Assembly (NCBI GenBank): GCA_902802215.1 | Contig: CADCLH010000001.1 | Coordinates: 17,327-80,142, forward strand | DNA: 62,816 nt | From: Oscillospiraceae bacterium | GTDB taxonomy: Bacteria; Bacillota; Clostridia; Oscillospirales; Oscillospiraceae | Direction: 5' to 3' | Shown here: one piece after another, positions 28,964-37,788 of the stretch | How the letters are laid out: each line of letters starts with the position of its first letter | Position numbering within the stretch: the stretch's first letter is position 1 | The notes under the pieces: generated by a model | Databases searched by the model: none | What the model was told of the DNA's origin: nothing | What the model saw: the letters and a program-made list of their open reading frames with translations, nothing else | Position numbers and translations under genes: made by a program

Positions 28964-30185
28964 ATGAACTACAACAAGAAGACCGTTTACGACGCCGACG
29001 TCAAGGGCAAAAAGGTCCTGCTCCGCTGCGACTTCAACGTCCCCCAGGACAAGAAGACCGGCGAGATCACCAGCGACAAGCGCATCGTCGCCGCTCTGCC
29101 CACCATCAAGTACCTGCTCGAACAGGGCGCGGCCGTCATCGCCTGCTCCCACCTGGGCAAGCCCGTGGCCACCTTCGAGGGCTATGTGAAGAAGCAGGTC
29201 GAGAAGGGCAAGAACGAGGCCGATATCACCCGCGAGGAGTGGGAGAAGTCCCTGAAGAAGCTCACCCTGGCCCCCGTTGCCAAGCGCCTGAGCGAGCTGC
29301 TGGGCATGGACGTCATCTTCGCCGCCGACACCATCGGCCCCGACGCGCAGGCCAAGGCCGCCGCGCTGCAGCCCGGCCAGCTCCTGCTGCTTGAGAACCT
29401 CCGCTTCGCCAAGGGCGAGACCAAGAACGACCCCGCCTTTGCCAAGGCTCTGGCCGACATGGCCGAGGTCTTTGTCTCCGACGCGTTCGGCACCGTGCAC
29501 CGCGCCCACGCCTCCACCGCCGGCGTCGCCGCCTACCTGCCCGCCTACTCCGGCCTGCTCGTCAACAAGGAGCTCGCCGTCATGGGCAAGGCCCTCGACG
29601 ATCCCAAGCGCCCCTTTGTCGCCGTCCTCGGCGGCGCCAAGGTCTCCGACAAGATCAACGTCATCAACAACCTCCTCGAGAAGGCCGACACCATCATCAT
29701 CGGCGGCGGCATGGCCTACTGAGGCCGACCGCATCGACTACGCGAAGGACATGATCGCCAAGGCCGAGGCCAAGGGCGTCAGGTTCCTGCTCCCTGTCGA
29801 CAACCTCTGCGCGGCTGAGTTCTCCGCCGACGCCGAGCCCGTCCTCGTCGAGGGCGACATCCCCGCCGACCTCATGGGCATGGACATCGGCCCCAAGACT
29901 GTGGAGCTGTTCAGCGACGCCGTCAAGGGCGCGGGCACCATCGTGTGGAACGGACCCATGGGCGTGTTTGAGTTCGACAAGTTCGCCGGCGGCACCAAGG
30001 CCATGGCCAAGGCTCTGGCCGAGTCCGGCGCGATCACCATCGTCGGCGGCGGCGACAGCGCGGCCGCGGTCGAGAAGCTCGGCTTCGCCGACAAGATCAC
30101 CCACATCTCCACCGGCGGCGGCGCCTCTCTGGAGTTCCTCGAAGGCAAGGAGCTGCCGGGCGTGGCCTGCCTGCTGGACGCGTAA
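28964..30185 (+). pseudogene. pgk: Phosphoglycerate kinase, disrupted by a frame-shifting internal deletion near nt 29719
   Basis: The N-terminal 252 aa end ...IIIGGGMAY* (28964-29722). The C-terminal part continues in another frame from [16 protein letters not shown]... to ...[18 protein letters not shown] (to 30185). The conserved TFxKAxGxxVGxSLx segment is absent. Confidence 0.85.
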
Positions 30186-30256
30186 GGAATACCCCTCAGG
30201 CGCTTTGCGCCAGCTCCCCTTGCAGGGGAGCCAATACGGAAAGGAATTGGATAGCT

Positions 30257-31030
30257 ATGAACAGAAAGTATCGCAAGACCGTTATCGCGGGCAACTGGAA
30301 GATGAACATGCTCGCCTCCGAGATCAAGCCCTTCATGGAGACCCTGAAGGACAATCTCCCCAAGACCCGCACCTGCGAGATGGTGCTCTGCACCCCCGCC
30401 GTGATGATTCCCGCCATGATCAAGGCCGGCAAGGACTGCAAGGTCGCCGCCGGCGGCCAGGACGTCTCCAAGTTCGAGAAGGGCGCCTACACCGGTGAGA
30501 TCTCCGCCAGCCAGCTCGCCGACATCGGCGCGAAGTACTGCATCGTCGGCCACTCCGAGCGCCGCCAGTACCACGGCGAGGATGACATGCTCATCAACGC
30601 CAAGGCCAAGGCCCTGCTCGACAAGGGCATCATCCCCATCATCTGCGTCGGCGAGAGCCTCGAGCAGCGCGAGATGGACCTGACCATGGAATATGTGGCC
30701 TATCAGGTCAAGGCCGCCCTCAGCGGCATCGACGCCACCAAGCTTCGTCGCTGCATCATCGCCTATGAGCCCATCTGGGCCATCGGCACCGGCAAGACCG
30801 CGACCGCCGAGCAGGCGCAGGAGGTCTGCCAGGGCATCCGTGCCGTCATCCGCGGCATTTACGGCGCCCGCCCGGCCCGCGCCGTCAGCATCCTCTACGG
30901 CGGCAGCATGAACGCCAAGAACGCCGAAGAGCTGCTGGCCCAGCCCGACATCGACGGCGGCCTCATCGGCGGCGCGTCCCTCAAGCCTGTCGACTTCGCC
31001 GCGATCATCAAGGCGACCGATCAGGAGTAA
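30257..31030 (+). CDS. tpiA: Triosephosphate isomerase
   Basis: AGNWKMN, GHSERR, AYEPIWAIGTG, YGGS. Confidence 0.95.
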   Translation: MNRKYRKTVIAGNWKMNMLASEIKPFMETLKDNLPKTRTCEMVLCTPAVMIPAMIKAGKDCKVAAGGQDVSKFEKGAYTGEISASQLADIGAKYCIVGHSERRQYHGEDDMLINAKAKALLDKGIIPIICVGESLEQREMDLTMEYVAYQVKAALSGIDATKLRRCIIAYEPIWAIGTGKTATAEQAQEVCQGIRAVIRGIYGARPARAVSILYGGSMNAKNAEELLAQPDIDGGLIGGASLKPVDFAAIIKATDQE

Positions 31031-31101
31031 TTCCGCATCCAGCCGACACCCCCGCGCCATGCCGCGGGGGTGTCTCCAAAATGAATCATAAGGAGCTTTT
31101 T

Positions 31102-32588
31102 ATGAGCAAAAAGGCAGTTCTTATCATCATGGACGGCTTCGGCCTGGCGGCTCCCTCCGAGGGCAACGCCATCTACGTCGCCAACACCCCGAATCTGGAC
31201 AGGCTCTTTGACCGCTGGCCCCATACGACGCTGCAGGCCTCCGGGCTGGACGTCGGCCTGCCCGAGGGCCAGATGGGCAACTCCGAGGTCGGTCACACCA
31301 ACATCGGCGCGGGCCGCGTTGTCTTCCAGATCCTGCCCAAGATGACCCGCGAGATCGAGAACGGCAAGTTCTTCCGGAACGAGGTCTACATCAAGGCCAT
31401 GGAGGACGCGAAGGCAAACGGCAAGGCCCTGCACATCATGGGCCTCATGTCCGACGGCGGCGTGCACAGCCACCTTGTCCACATCTTCGGCATCCTCGAT
31501 ATGGCGAAGCAGCGCGGCGTGGAGAAGGTCTTCGTCCACTGCTTCCTCGACGGACGCGACGTGCCGCCCACCAGCGGCGCGGGCTTCATCCGCCGGCTGA
31601 AGGAGAAGTGCGATTCCCTCGGCAACGCGAAGATCGCCACCGTCCAGGGCCGCTTCTGGGGCATGGACCGCGACAAGCGCTGGGACCGCGTGGAGAAGGG
31701 CTACAACGCCATCCCGACCCCGTCCACGCCGTTGAGGCGAGCTACGCCAAGGAAGTCACCGACGAGTTCGTCGAGCCCGTCGTCTGCTGCCCCGAGGGCG
31801 TCATCAACCCCGGCGACAGCGTGATCTTCATGAACTTCCGCCCCGACCGCGCCCGTGAAATGACCTGGGCGCTGAACCTTCCGGACTTCGACGGCTTCGA
31901 GAGGAAGAAGACCGTCTATCCGCTCAGCTACGTCTGCACCGCGCAGTACGACGAGAACCTGACCCTGCCCATCGCCTACCCGCCCGAGGTCATCGAGCAG
32001 ACGCTCGGCGACTATGTCAGCGAGCTGGGGATGAAGCAGTTCCGCGTGGCCGAGACCGAGAAGTACGCCCACGTCACCTTCTTCTTCAACGGCGGCGTCG
32101 AGAAGGAGACCGCGGGGGAGGAGCGCTGCCTGGTGCCCTCGCCCAAGGAGTACGCGACCTATGACCTCATCCCCGAGATGAGCGCCTACAAGGTCTGCGA
32201 CAAGGTCGTCGAGGCCATCGCCTCCGACCGCTACGGCCTGATCGTCTGCAACTTCGCCAACTGCGACATGGTCGGCCACACCGGCGTCATGCCCGCCGCG
32301 GTCAAGGCCGTCGAGACCGTCGACGCCTGCATGGGCAGGATCGCCGCCGAAATCGAAAAGCACCCCGACACCGTGCTGCTGGTCACCGCCGACCACGGCA
32401 ATGCCGACTGCATGTTTGACGCAAACGGCAAGGTCAACACCGCCCACACCACCAACCCCGTGCCCTTCTGCGTGACCATGGACGGCATCACCCTCAAGCC
32501 CGGCAGACTGGCCGACATCGCGCCGACCATCCTCAAGGTCATGGGTCTGAAGCAGCCCGAGCAGATGACCGGCGAGGCGCTGTTCTGA
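31102..32588 (+). pseudogene. gpmI: 2,3-bisphosphoglycerate-independent phosphoglycerate mutase, disrupted by a frame-shifting deletion near nt 31715
   Basis: The N-terminal part LIIMDGFG...NSEVGHTNIGAGR...RWDRVEKGYNAI then leaves frame. The remainder (DPVHAVEASYAKEVTDEFVEP...TADHGNAD...) is in the 31608-32588 ORF frame. About 9 conserved residues (VxGEGxxxx) are missing. Confidence 0.85.
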
Positions 32589-32600
32589 TCCTTCTTTCTT

Positions 32601-32640
32601 AACGAAAAAGCTCCATCCGAAAGGATGGAGCTTTTTCGTT
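32601..32640. terminator. Bidirectional terminator
   Basis: AACGAAAAAGCTCCATCC GAAA GGATGGAGCTTTTTCGTT, a perfect 18-bp palindromic stem with A and T tracts, between convergent gpmI and galE. Confidence 0.85.
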
Positions 32641-32648
32641 GGGGCGGC

Positions 32649-33671
32649 TTATTCCGCCGTGTTGTAGCCCATGGGGTTCTTCGACTGCCAGGCCCAGGTG
32701 TCGCGGCACATGTCGTCGAGCGTGTACTCCGCCTTCCAGCCGAGCAGCTGCGCGCTCTTGTCGGGGCTGGAATAGACCGTCGCCAGATCGCCGGGACGGC
32801 GGTCGACGATCTCGTAGGGGATCTTCACGCCGGTGACGCGCTCGAACGCGTGAACCATATCGAGTACGCTGTAGCCGGTGCCGGTGCCGAGGTTGAAGAC
32901 GTTCTCGCCGCGATGCTTCATCATGTACTCGATGGCGCAGACGTGGCCGCGCGCCAGGTCGACGACGTGGATGTAGTCGCGCACGCCCGTGCCGTCGGGG
33001 GTGTTGTAGTCGTTGCCGTAGACGCTCAGGTGGTCGCGGCGGCCGACCGCGACCTGCGCGATGAAGGGCATGAGGTTGTTCGGGATGCCGCGCGGGTCCT
33101 CGCCGATCAGGCCGCTGGAATGCGCGCCGATGGGGTTGAAGTAGCGCAGCAGGGACACCGAGAAGTCGTCCACCGCCTTGGCCGTGTCGCGCAGGATCTG
33201 CTCGGACATGTACTTGGTCCAGCCGTAGGGGTTGGTGCACATGCCGGTCTTCGACGTCTCGCGCAGCGGCATGTCGTTGTCGCCGGAGTAGACGGTGGCC
33301 GAGGAGGAGAACACGATGTCGTGCACGCCGTGGTCCCGCATGGCCTCGCAGAGGCGGACGGTGGAGAACAGGTTGTTGTCGTAGTACTCCAGCGGCATGG
33401 CCACGGATTCGCCGACCGCTTTGAGTCCGGCGAAGTGGATGGCGCAGCTGATGTCGTGCTTTTCAAAAATCCGGTCGAGCGCCGCGCGGTCGCGCACGTC
33501 GTTTTCGTAGAAGGCCACCTTCTTGCCGGTGATCTCCTCCACGCGCTCGATGGCCTTGGGGCTGGAATTGACGAGGTTGTCGATGACGACCACGCCGTAG
33601 CCGCGGTTCAGAAGCTCCACGCAGGTGTGGCTGCCGATGTAGCCGGCGCCGCCCGTTACCAGTACGTTCAT
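32649..33671 (-). CDS. galE: UDP-glucose 4-epimerase
   Basis: MNVLVTGGAGYIGSH, SSSATVYG, YGWTKYM (YxxxK). Confidence 0.9.
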   Translation of the reverse strand: MNVLVTGGAGYIGSHTCVELLNRGYGVVVIDNLVNSSPKAIERVEEITGKKVAFYENDVRDRAALDRIFEKHDISCAIHFAGLKAVGESVAMPLEYYDNNLFSTVRLCEAMRDHGVHDIVFSSSATVYSGDNDMPLRETSKTGMCTNPYGWTKYMSEQILRDTAKAVDDFSVSLLRYFNPIGAHSSGLIGEDPRGIPNNLMPFIAQVAVGRRDHLSVYGNDYNTPDGTGVRDYIHVVDLARGHVCAIEYMMKHRGENVFNLGTGTGYSVLDMVHAFERVTGVKIPYEIVDRRPGDLATVYSSPDKSAQLLGWKAEYTLDDMCRDTWAWQSKNPMGYNTAE

Positions 33672-33682
33672 GTTGATTCCTC

Positions 33683-34591
33683 TCAATCCAGAAGTTTTTC
33701 GGGGTAGATCCCGTTTTCACGCATGCGTTTCAGCGCCGCCGCGACGCCGGGCAGATCCTCCTTGTAGGTCATGCCGTACCACTGCTCGTGGCAGGGGAGG
33801 ACCCGGACCGTCCCAAGCCCCTCCTCAATGACGGCGTTGGCCACGGAGGGGAGGAAGTATTCGCCCTTGAGCGGGTTCGTTTTCAGGCTCGCGTCGAGCC
33901 AGGCGGGGAAGCGAGCTTCCAGCTCCCGCAGCATGGCGGGGGAGAAGCCCCAGAAGTTCATCGAGACCGGAACGTCGCCGGACAGAGGCTGCCAGGTCTC
34001 GCCGTCCTCGGTATAGGCGGCGTCCTCACCGCGCTTTTCGATGTGCGTGCGCTCTGTCACGCCGGTCAGCAGGCCGTTTTCCACCTGACACACGCCGCGC
34101 GCGACATAGCCGTTTTCGGTGACGGTGTTGCGCAGAAGATAGGCGACCATCGCGTGCTCGCTCTCGGGCCGGTCCTGCGCGAGAAAGTCGTAGATCGCCT
34201 GATAGGCGCCGGGGCCGTAGAAGTCGTCGGCGTTGATGACGGCGAAGGGGCCGTCTACCGCGTCCTTGCAGCAGAGCACCGCGTGCCCCGTGCCCCAGGG
34301 CTTGACGCGCCCCTCGGGCACCGCGTAGCCCTCGGGCAGCATGTCGAGCTGCTGGAAGACGTACTTCACGTCGAAGTACTTTTCCATGCGCGTTCCGACG
34401 GCGGCCTTGAAGTCCGCCTCGATCTCGTGCTTGATGATGAAGACGACGCGGCGGAAGCCCGCGCGGTAGGCGTCGAAGAGAGAATAGTCGATGATGGCGT
34501 GGCCGCGCTCGTCCACGGGACGGATCTGCTTGAGCCCGCCGAAGCGGCTGCCCATCCCGGCGGCCAGAATGACAAGGGTCGGCGATCGCAT
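33683..34591 (-). CDS. Sugar-phosphate nucleotidyltransferase family protein
   Basis: LVILAAGMGSRFGGLKQ (GxGxRx nucleotidyltransferase signature). GAGGTG SD before ATG 34591. Confidence 0.7.
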   Translation of the reverse strand: MRSPTLVILAAGMGSRFGGLKQIRPVDERGHAIIDYSLFDAYRAGFRRVVFIIKHEIEADFKAAVGTRMEKYFDVKYVFQQLDMLPEGYAVPEGRVKPWGTGHAVLCCKDAVDGPFAVINADDFYGPGAYQAIYDFLAQDRPESEHAMVAYLLRNTVTENGYVARGVCQVENGLLTGVTERTHIEKRGEDAAYTEDGETWQPLSGDVPVSMNFWGFSPAMLRELEARFPAWLDASLKTNPLKGEYFLPSVANAVIEEGLGTVRVLPCHEQWYGMTYKEDLPGVAAALKRMRENGIYPEKLLD

Positions 34592-34775
34592 ACGAAGCAC
34601 CTCGTTCTTTGTTGAAGTTCCCGAACAGTATAACAGCTTTCCGCGGATTTGTATAGAGACAATGCCGACTTTCCGTCAAAGAAAACAGGTGGGGAAGCCC
34701 GGTATGAAAACGGGAGCGAAGAGAGGGAAAAGGCTTACAGATTGCCCCGTTTTGTTCAAATTGGGGGAAAAGGGA

Positions 34776-34804
34776 TTGACTCGGCGGGGCGAAATCAGTA
34801 TAAT
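34776..34804 (+). promoter_or_regulatory. Consensus sigma-A promoter
   Basis: TTGACT (34776-34781), 17 nt spacer, TATAAT (34799-34804). Confidence 0.65.
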
Positions 34805-34863
34805 ATTCACAGCAAAGTGCGCATACTCATTTTCAAAAATCTTAGCAGGAGGGATCATTTTAC

Positions 34864-35070
34864 ATGAAGAAACTGAGGAAATTCCTGGTTCTCGTATGTC
34901 TCGGCTGCCTGGGCTACGGCATTGCCAAGGTGCTGGAGACCGACGAGGCGAAGGAGACGCTTTTCGGCCTTCTCGGAGAAGATCTGTACCTTGCCATCCA
35001 GGACAAGGTCTATCTGCTCGGGGATCTGCTGATGTGGCCGATCGACTTCGTCAGAGCTCTGCTTCCGTAA
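34864..35070 (+). CDS. Small hypothetical membrane/secreted protein (68 aa)
   Basis: AGGAGG SD 9 nt before the ATG. MKKLRKFLVLVCLGCLGYGIA hydrophobic N-terminus. Confidence 0.55.
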   Translation: MKKLRKFLVLVCLGCLGYGIAKVLETDEAKETLFGLLGEDLYLAIQDKVYLLGDLLMWPIDFVRALLP

Positions 35071-35106
35071 GAAAACGGGAAATCAATTTAGTAAAGGAGT
35101 TATTCA

Positions 35107-37167
35107 ATGAATCCGAAATATGAGCCTCTATTTACTCCGTTCAAAATCGGTGAAGTAGAGATCCCGAACCGCATCGTGCAGTGCTCCATGGGCGGCACCA
35201 CCCTGTTCGGCTGGCTGGAGCCCTCTCACTTCGACCTTGAAGCCGCCGACTTCCTGCTCAAGAGAGCCAAGGACGGCGTGGGCCTCGTTCTCCCCGGCAT
35301 GCAGGTCATCCGCGACACCATGGGCAGAAAGTGGCTCGACTCCAACCGTCAGATGTACCGTGTGCTCAAGCCCTATATGGACGAGTACCACAAGACCGGC
35401 GGCAAGCTCTTCATCCAGCTGGCGGGCGGCTTCGGCCGTTCCATGGCCGTCACTCCGTGGATGGCCGCGCTGGCGAGAAACGACCTGCTCAACAAGCTGG
35501 CCAGCCCCGTCGTCGACGTGCAGTACGCCTGCGCCTCCGCCTCCGCCACCCCCAACCGCTGGGCCGACAACCTCAACTCCCGTCCCTTCACCATTGAGGA
35601 GATCCAGGAGATGGTGTGGCACTTCGGCGCCACCGCCAAGAAGCTGCGCGAGGCCGGCATCGACGGCGTTGAGATCCACGCCGTCCACGAGGGCTACAAC
35701 CTCGACCAGTTCGCCATCGCGAACATGAACTTCCGTACCGACCAGTACGGCGGCAGCCTGGAGAACCGTCTGCGCTTCGCCACCGAGATCGTTCAGGAGA
35801 TCCACAAGCAGGCCGGCGACGACTTCCCCGTCTCCCTGCGTTACTCCGTCCGCTCCTGCACCAAGGGCTGGCGCAAGGGCGCCATGCCTTACGAGGAGTT
35901 CGAGGAGTTCGGCCGCGACATGGCCGAGTCCGAGAAGGCCGTCAAGATCCTGCAGGATGCCGGCTACGCCTTCCTCAACTGCGACAACGGCACCTACGAC
36001 GCCTGGTACTGGGCTCATCCGCCTCAGTACATGCCCGACAACTGCAACCTCGCCGACGTCGAGCACATCCGTCAGTTCATCGATATCCCCGTCGCCTGCG
36101 CCGGCCGTATGGAGCCGCTCAAGGCCGCCGAGGAGATCGGCGCCGGCCGTCTGGACGCCGTCGCCATCGCCCGTCAGAACCTGGTCGACGAGCACTGGGT
36201 CACCAAGATCAAAGAGGGCCGCGAGGACGAGATCCGTCCCTGCATCCGCTGCCACAACGGCTGCTTCAACTTCTCCAAGGCCAACGGCACCGAGAACATG
36301 CAGGCTCTGGGCGACTCCCTCCACCTCGCCCGCTGCGCCCTGAACCCGCCCACCATGCAGCACAACCGCTACAAGATCGTCCCGACCAAGAACCCCAAGA
36401 AGGTCGCGATCATCGGCGGCGGCATCGGCGGCATGGAGTGCGCGCTCGTGCTGAAAAAGCGCGGCCACAACCCCGTCATCTTCGAGAAGGAGGACAAGCT
36501 CGGCGGTCTGTTCCTCACCGCCTCCGCCATGACCTTCAAGGAGAACGACAAGAAGCTCGTCGAGTGGTATCTCAGAGAGATCGCCAAGGCCGGCATCGAG
36601 GTCCGCTTCAATACCGAGGTCAACGATCTGGGCACCATCCGCCGCGGCTTCGACGAGATCATCGTCTGCACCGGCTCCGTTCCCAGAACCATGCCCAACA
36701 TCAAGGGCTTCGACAAGACCCACTCCTTCCGTGAACTCCTGCGCGAGAAGAGCGTCGAGGGCGACAAGATCGTCTTCCTGGGCGGCGGTCAGTCCTCCTG
36801 CGAGGCGGCCTACGACCTGGTCCTGGCCGGCAAGCACCCCGTCATCGTCGAGTACGGCAACGACCTTGTCGCGGCTCAGGCCACCTGCCTTGCCAACACC
36901 TCCTTCCTGCGCGACGCCATGGAGTACCACAAGGTCCCCGTGTACCTGCACTCCACCATCACCGAGATCGGCGACGGCTACTGCATCATCAAGACGCCCG
37001 ACGAGACCTTCCGCTGCGACTGCGATGCCGTCATCAATGGCATCGGCTTCGTCCCGGCTCCCGTCGGCAACAAGGGCGCTCATGTCCACCGTGTCGGCGA
37101 TTGCGTTGCCATCGGCAACCTGCGCACCGTCATCTGGCGTGCCTGGGACGTCTGCATGAGAATCTAG
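35107..37167 (+). CDS. NADH:flavin oxidoreductase, 2-enoate / 2,4-dienoyl-CoA reductase-type (OYE barrel + Fe-S + FAD/NAD domain)
   Basis: N-terminal OYE-like FKIGEVEIPNRIVQCSMGG, GVEIHAVHEGYNLDQF. Cys cluster RPCIRCHNGC. Rossmann motif VAIIGGGIGGMECA. Confidence 0.8.
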   Translation: MNPKYEPLFTPFKIGEVEIPNRIVQCSMGGTTLFGWLEPSHFDLEAADFLLKRAKDGVGLVLPGMQVIRDTMGRKWLDSNRQMYRVLKPYMDEYHKTGGKLFIQLAGGFGRSMAVTPWMAALARNDLLNKLASPVVDVQYACASASATPNRWADNLNSRPFTIEEIQEMVWHFGATAKKLREAGIDGVEIHAVHEGYNLDQFAIANMNFRTDQYGGSLENRLRFATEIVQEIHKQAGDDFPVSLRYSVRSCTKGWRKGAMPYEEFEEFGRDMAESEKAVKILQDAGYAFLNCDNGTYDAWYWAHPPQYMPDNCNLADVEHIRQFIDIPVACAGRMEPLKAAEEIGAGRLDAVAIARQNLVDEHWVTKIKEGREDEIRPCIRCHNGCFNFSKANGTENMQALGDSLHLARCALNPPTMQHNRYKIVPTKNPKKVAIIGGGIGGMECALVLKKRGHNPVIFEKEDKLGGLFLTASAMTFKENDKKLVEWYLREIAKAGIEVRFNTEVNDLGTIRRGFDEIIVCTGSVPRTMPNIKGFDKTHSFRELLREKSVEGDKIVFLGGGQSSCEAAYDLVLAGKHPVIVEYGNDLVAAQATCLANTSFLRDAMEYHKVPVYLHSTITEIGDGYCIIKTPDETFRCDCDAVINGIGFVPAPVGNKGAHVHRVGDCVAIGNLRTVIWRAWDVCMRI

Positions 37168-37192
37168 TCCCCAAACAGTTCACGGCAAAAAA

Positions 37193-37224
37193 GAATCCCC
37201 TCGGTTTTCCGAGGGGATTTTTTT
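37193..37224. terminator. Bidirectional terminator
   Basis: AATCCCCTCGG TTTT CCGAGGGGATT stem with flanking A-run and T-run. Confidence 0.8.
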
Positions 37225-37233
37225 GCGAAAGCG

Positions 37234-37644
37234 TCAGGATCCGGTCTGCATCAGATCGGCGAGCGTCTTGCTGTCGAGAAAGTCGTTGACGCGCCGGTTC
37301 AGCTCCTGCCAGAGAGCGAGCGTCCGGCAGTCGGCGCTGCGGGGGCAGGGAGCCGCGCTGCACTCCAGACAGCTCACGGGGGCAAGGTCGCCCTCGGTCT
37401 GCCGCAGGATCTCGCCGATCGGATACTCCGACGGATCGCGGGTCAGCCGGTAGCCGCCGCCCTTGCCGCGCAGGCCCTCCACCAGACCGCCGTCCACCAG
37501 CAGCGGGAGGATACGCTCCAGATACTTCAGGGAGATCTCCTGCCGCTTCGCGACCTCGCGCATCGCCAGATACCCGCCGTTGGCATGCTCTGCCAGATCT
37601 ACCATAACACGCAGGGCATACCGCCCCTTTGTGGAAATCATCAT
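37234..37644 (-). CDS. Rrf2-family transcriptional regulator (Fe-S type)
   Basis: MISTKGRYALRVMVDLA..., wHTH ISLKYLERILPLL, GGGYRL, Cys cluster CLECSAAPCPRSADC. Confidence 0.9.
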   Translation of the reverse strand: MMISTKGRYALRVMVDLAEHANGGYLAMREVAKRQEISLKYLERILPLLVDGGLVEGLRGKGGGYRLTRDPSEYPIGEILRQTEGDLAPVSCLECSAAPCPRSADCRTLALWQELNRRVNDFLDSKTLADLMQTGS

Positions 37645-37788
37645 CTTACCCTTCTCCCTTCATCGTATTATTTATGATAAAAATACTATACCACAACAGT
37701 AGGGGATAAGTCAATTATTGGAAATTTTGAACTAATTAAAACCGGACGGGCAGAGTTGTTCTCTGTCCGCCCGGTGAGCGGGCTGCTG

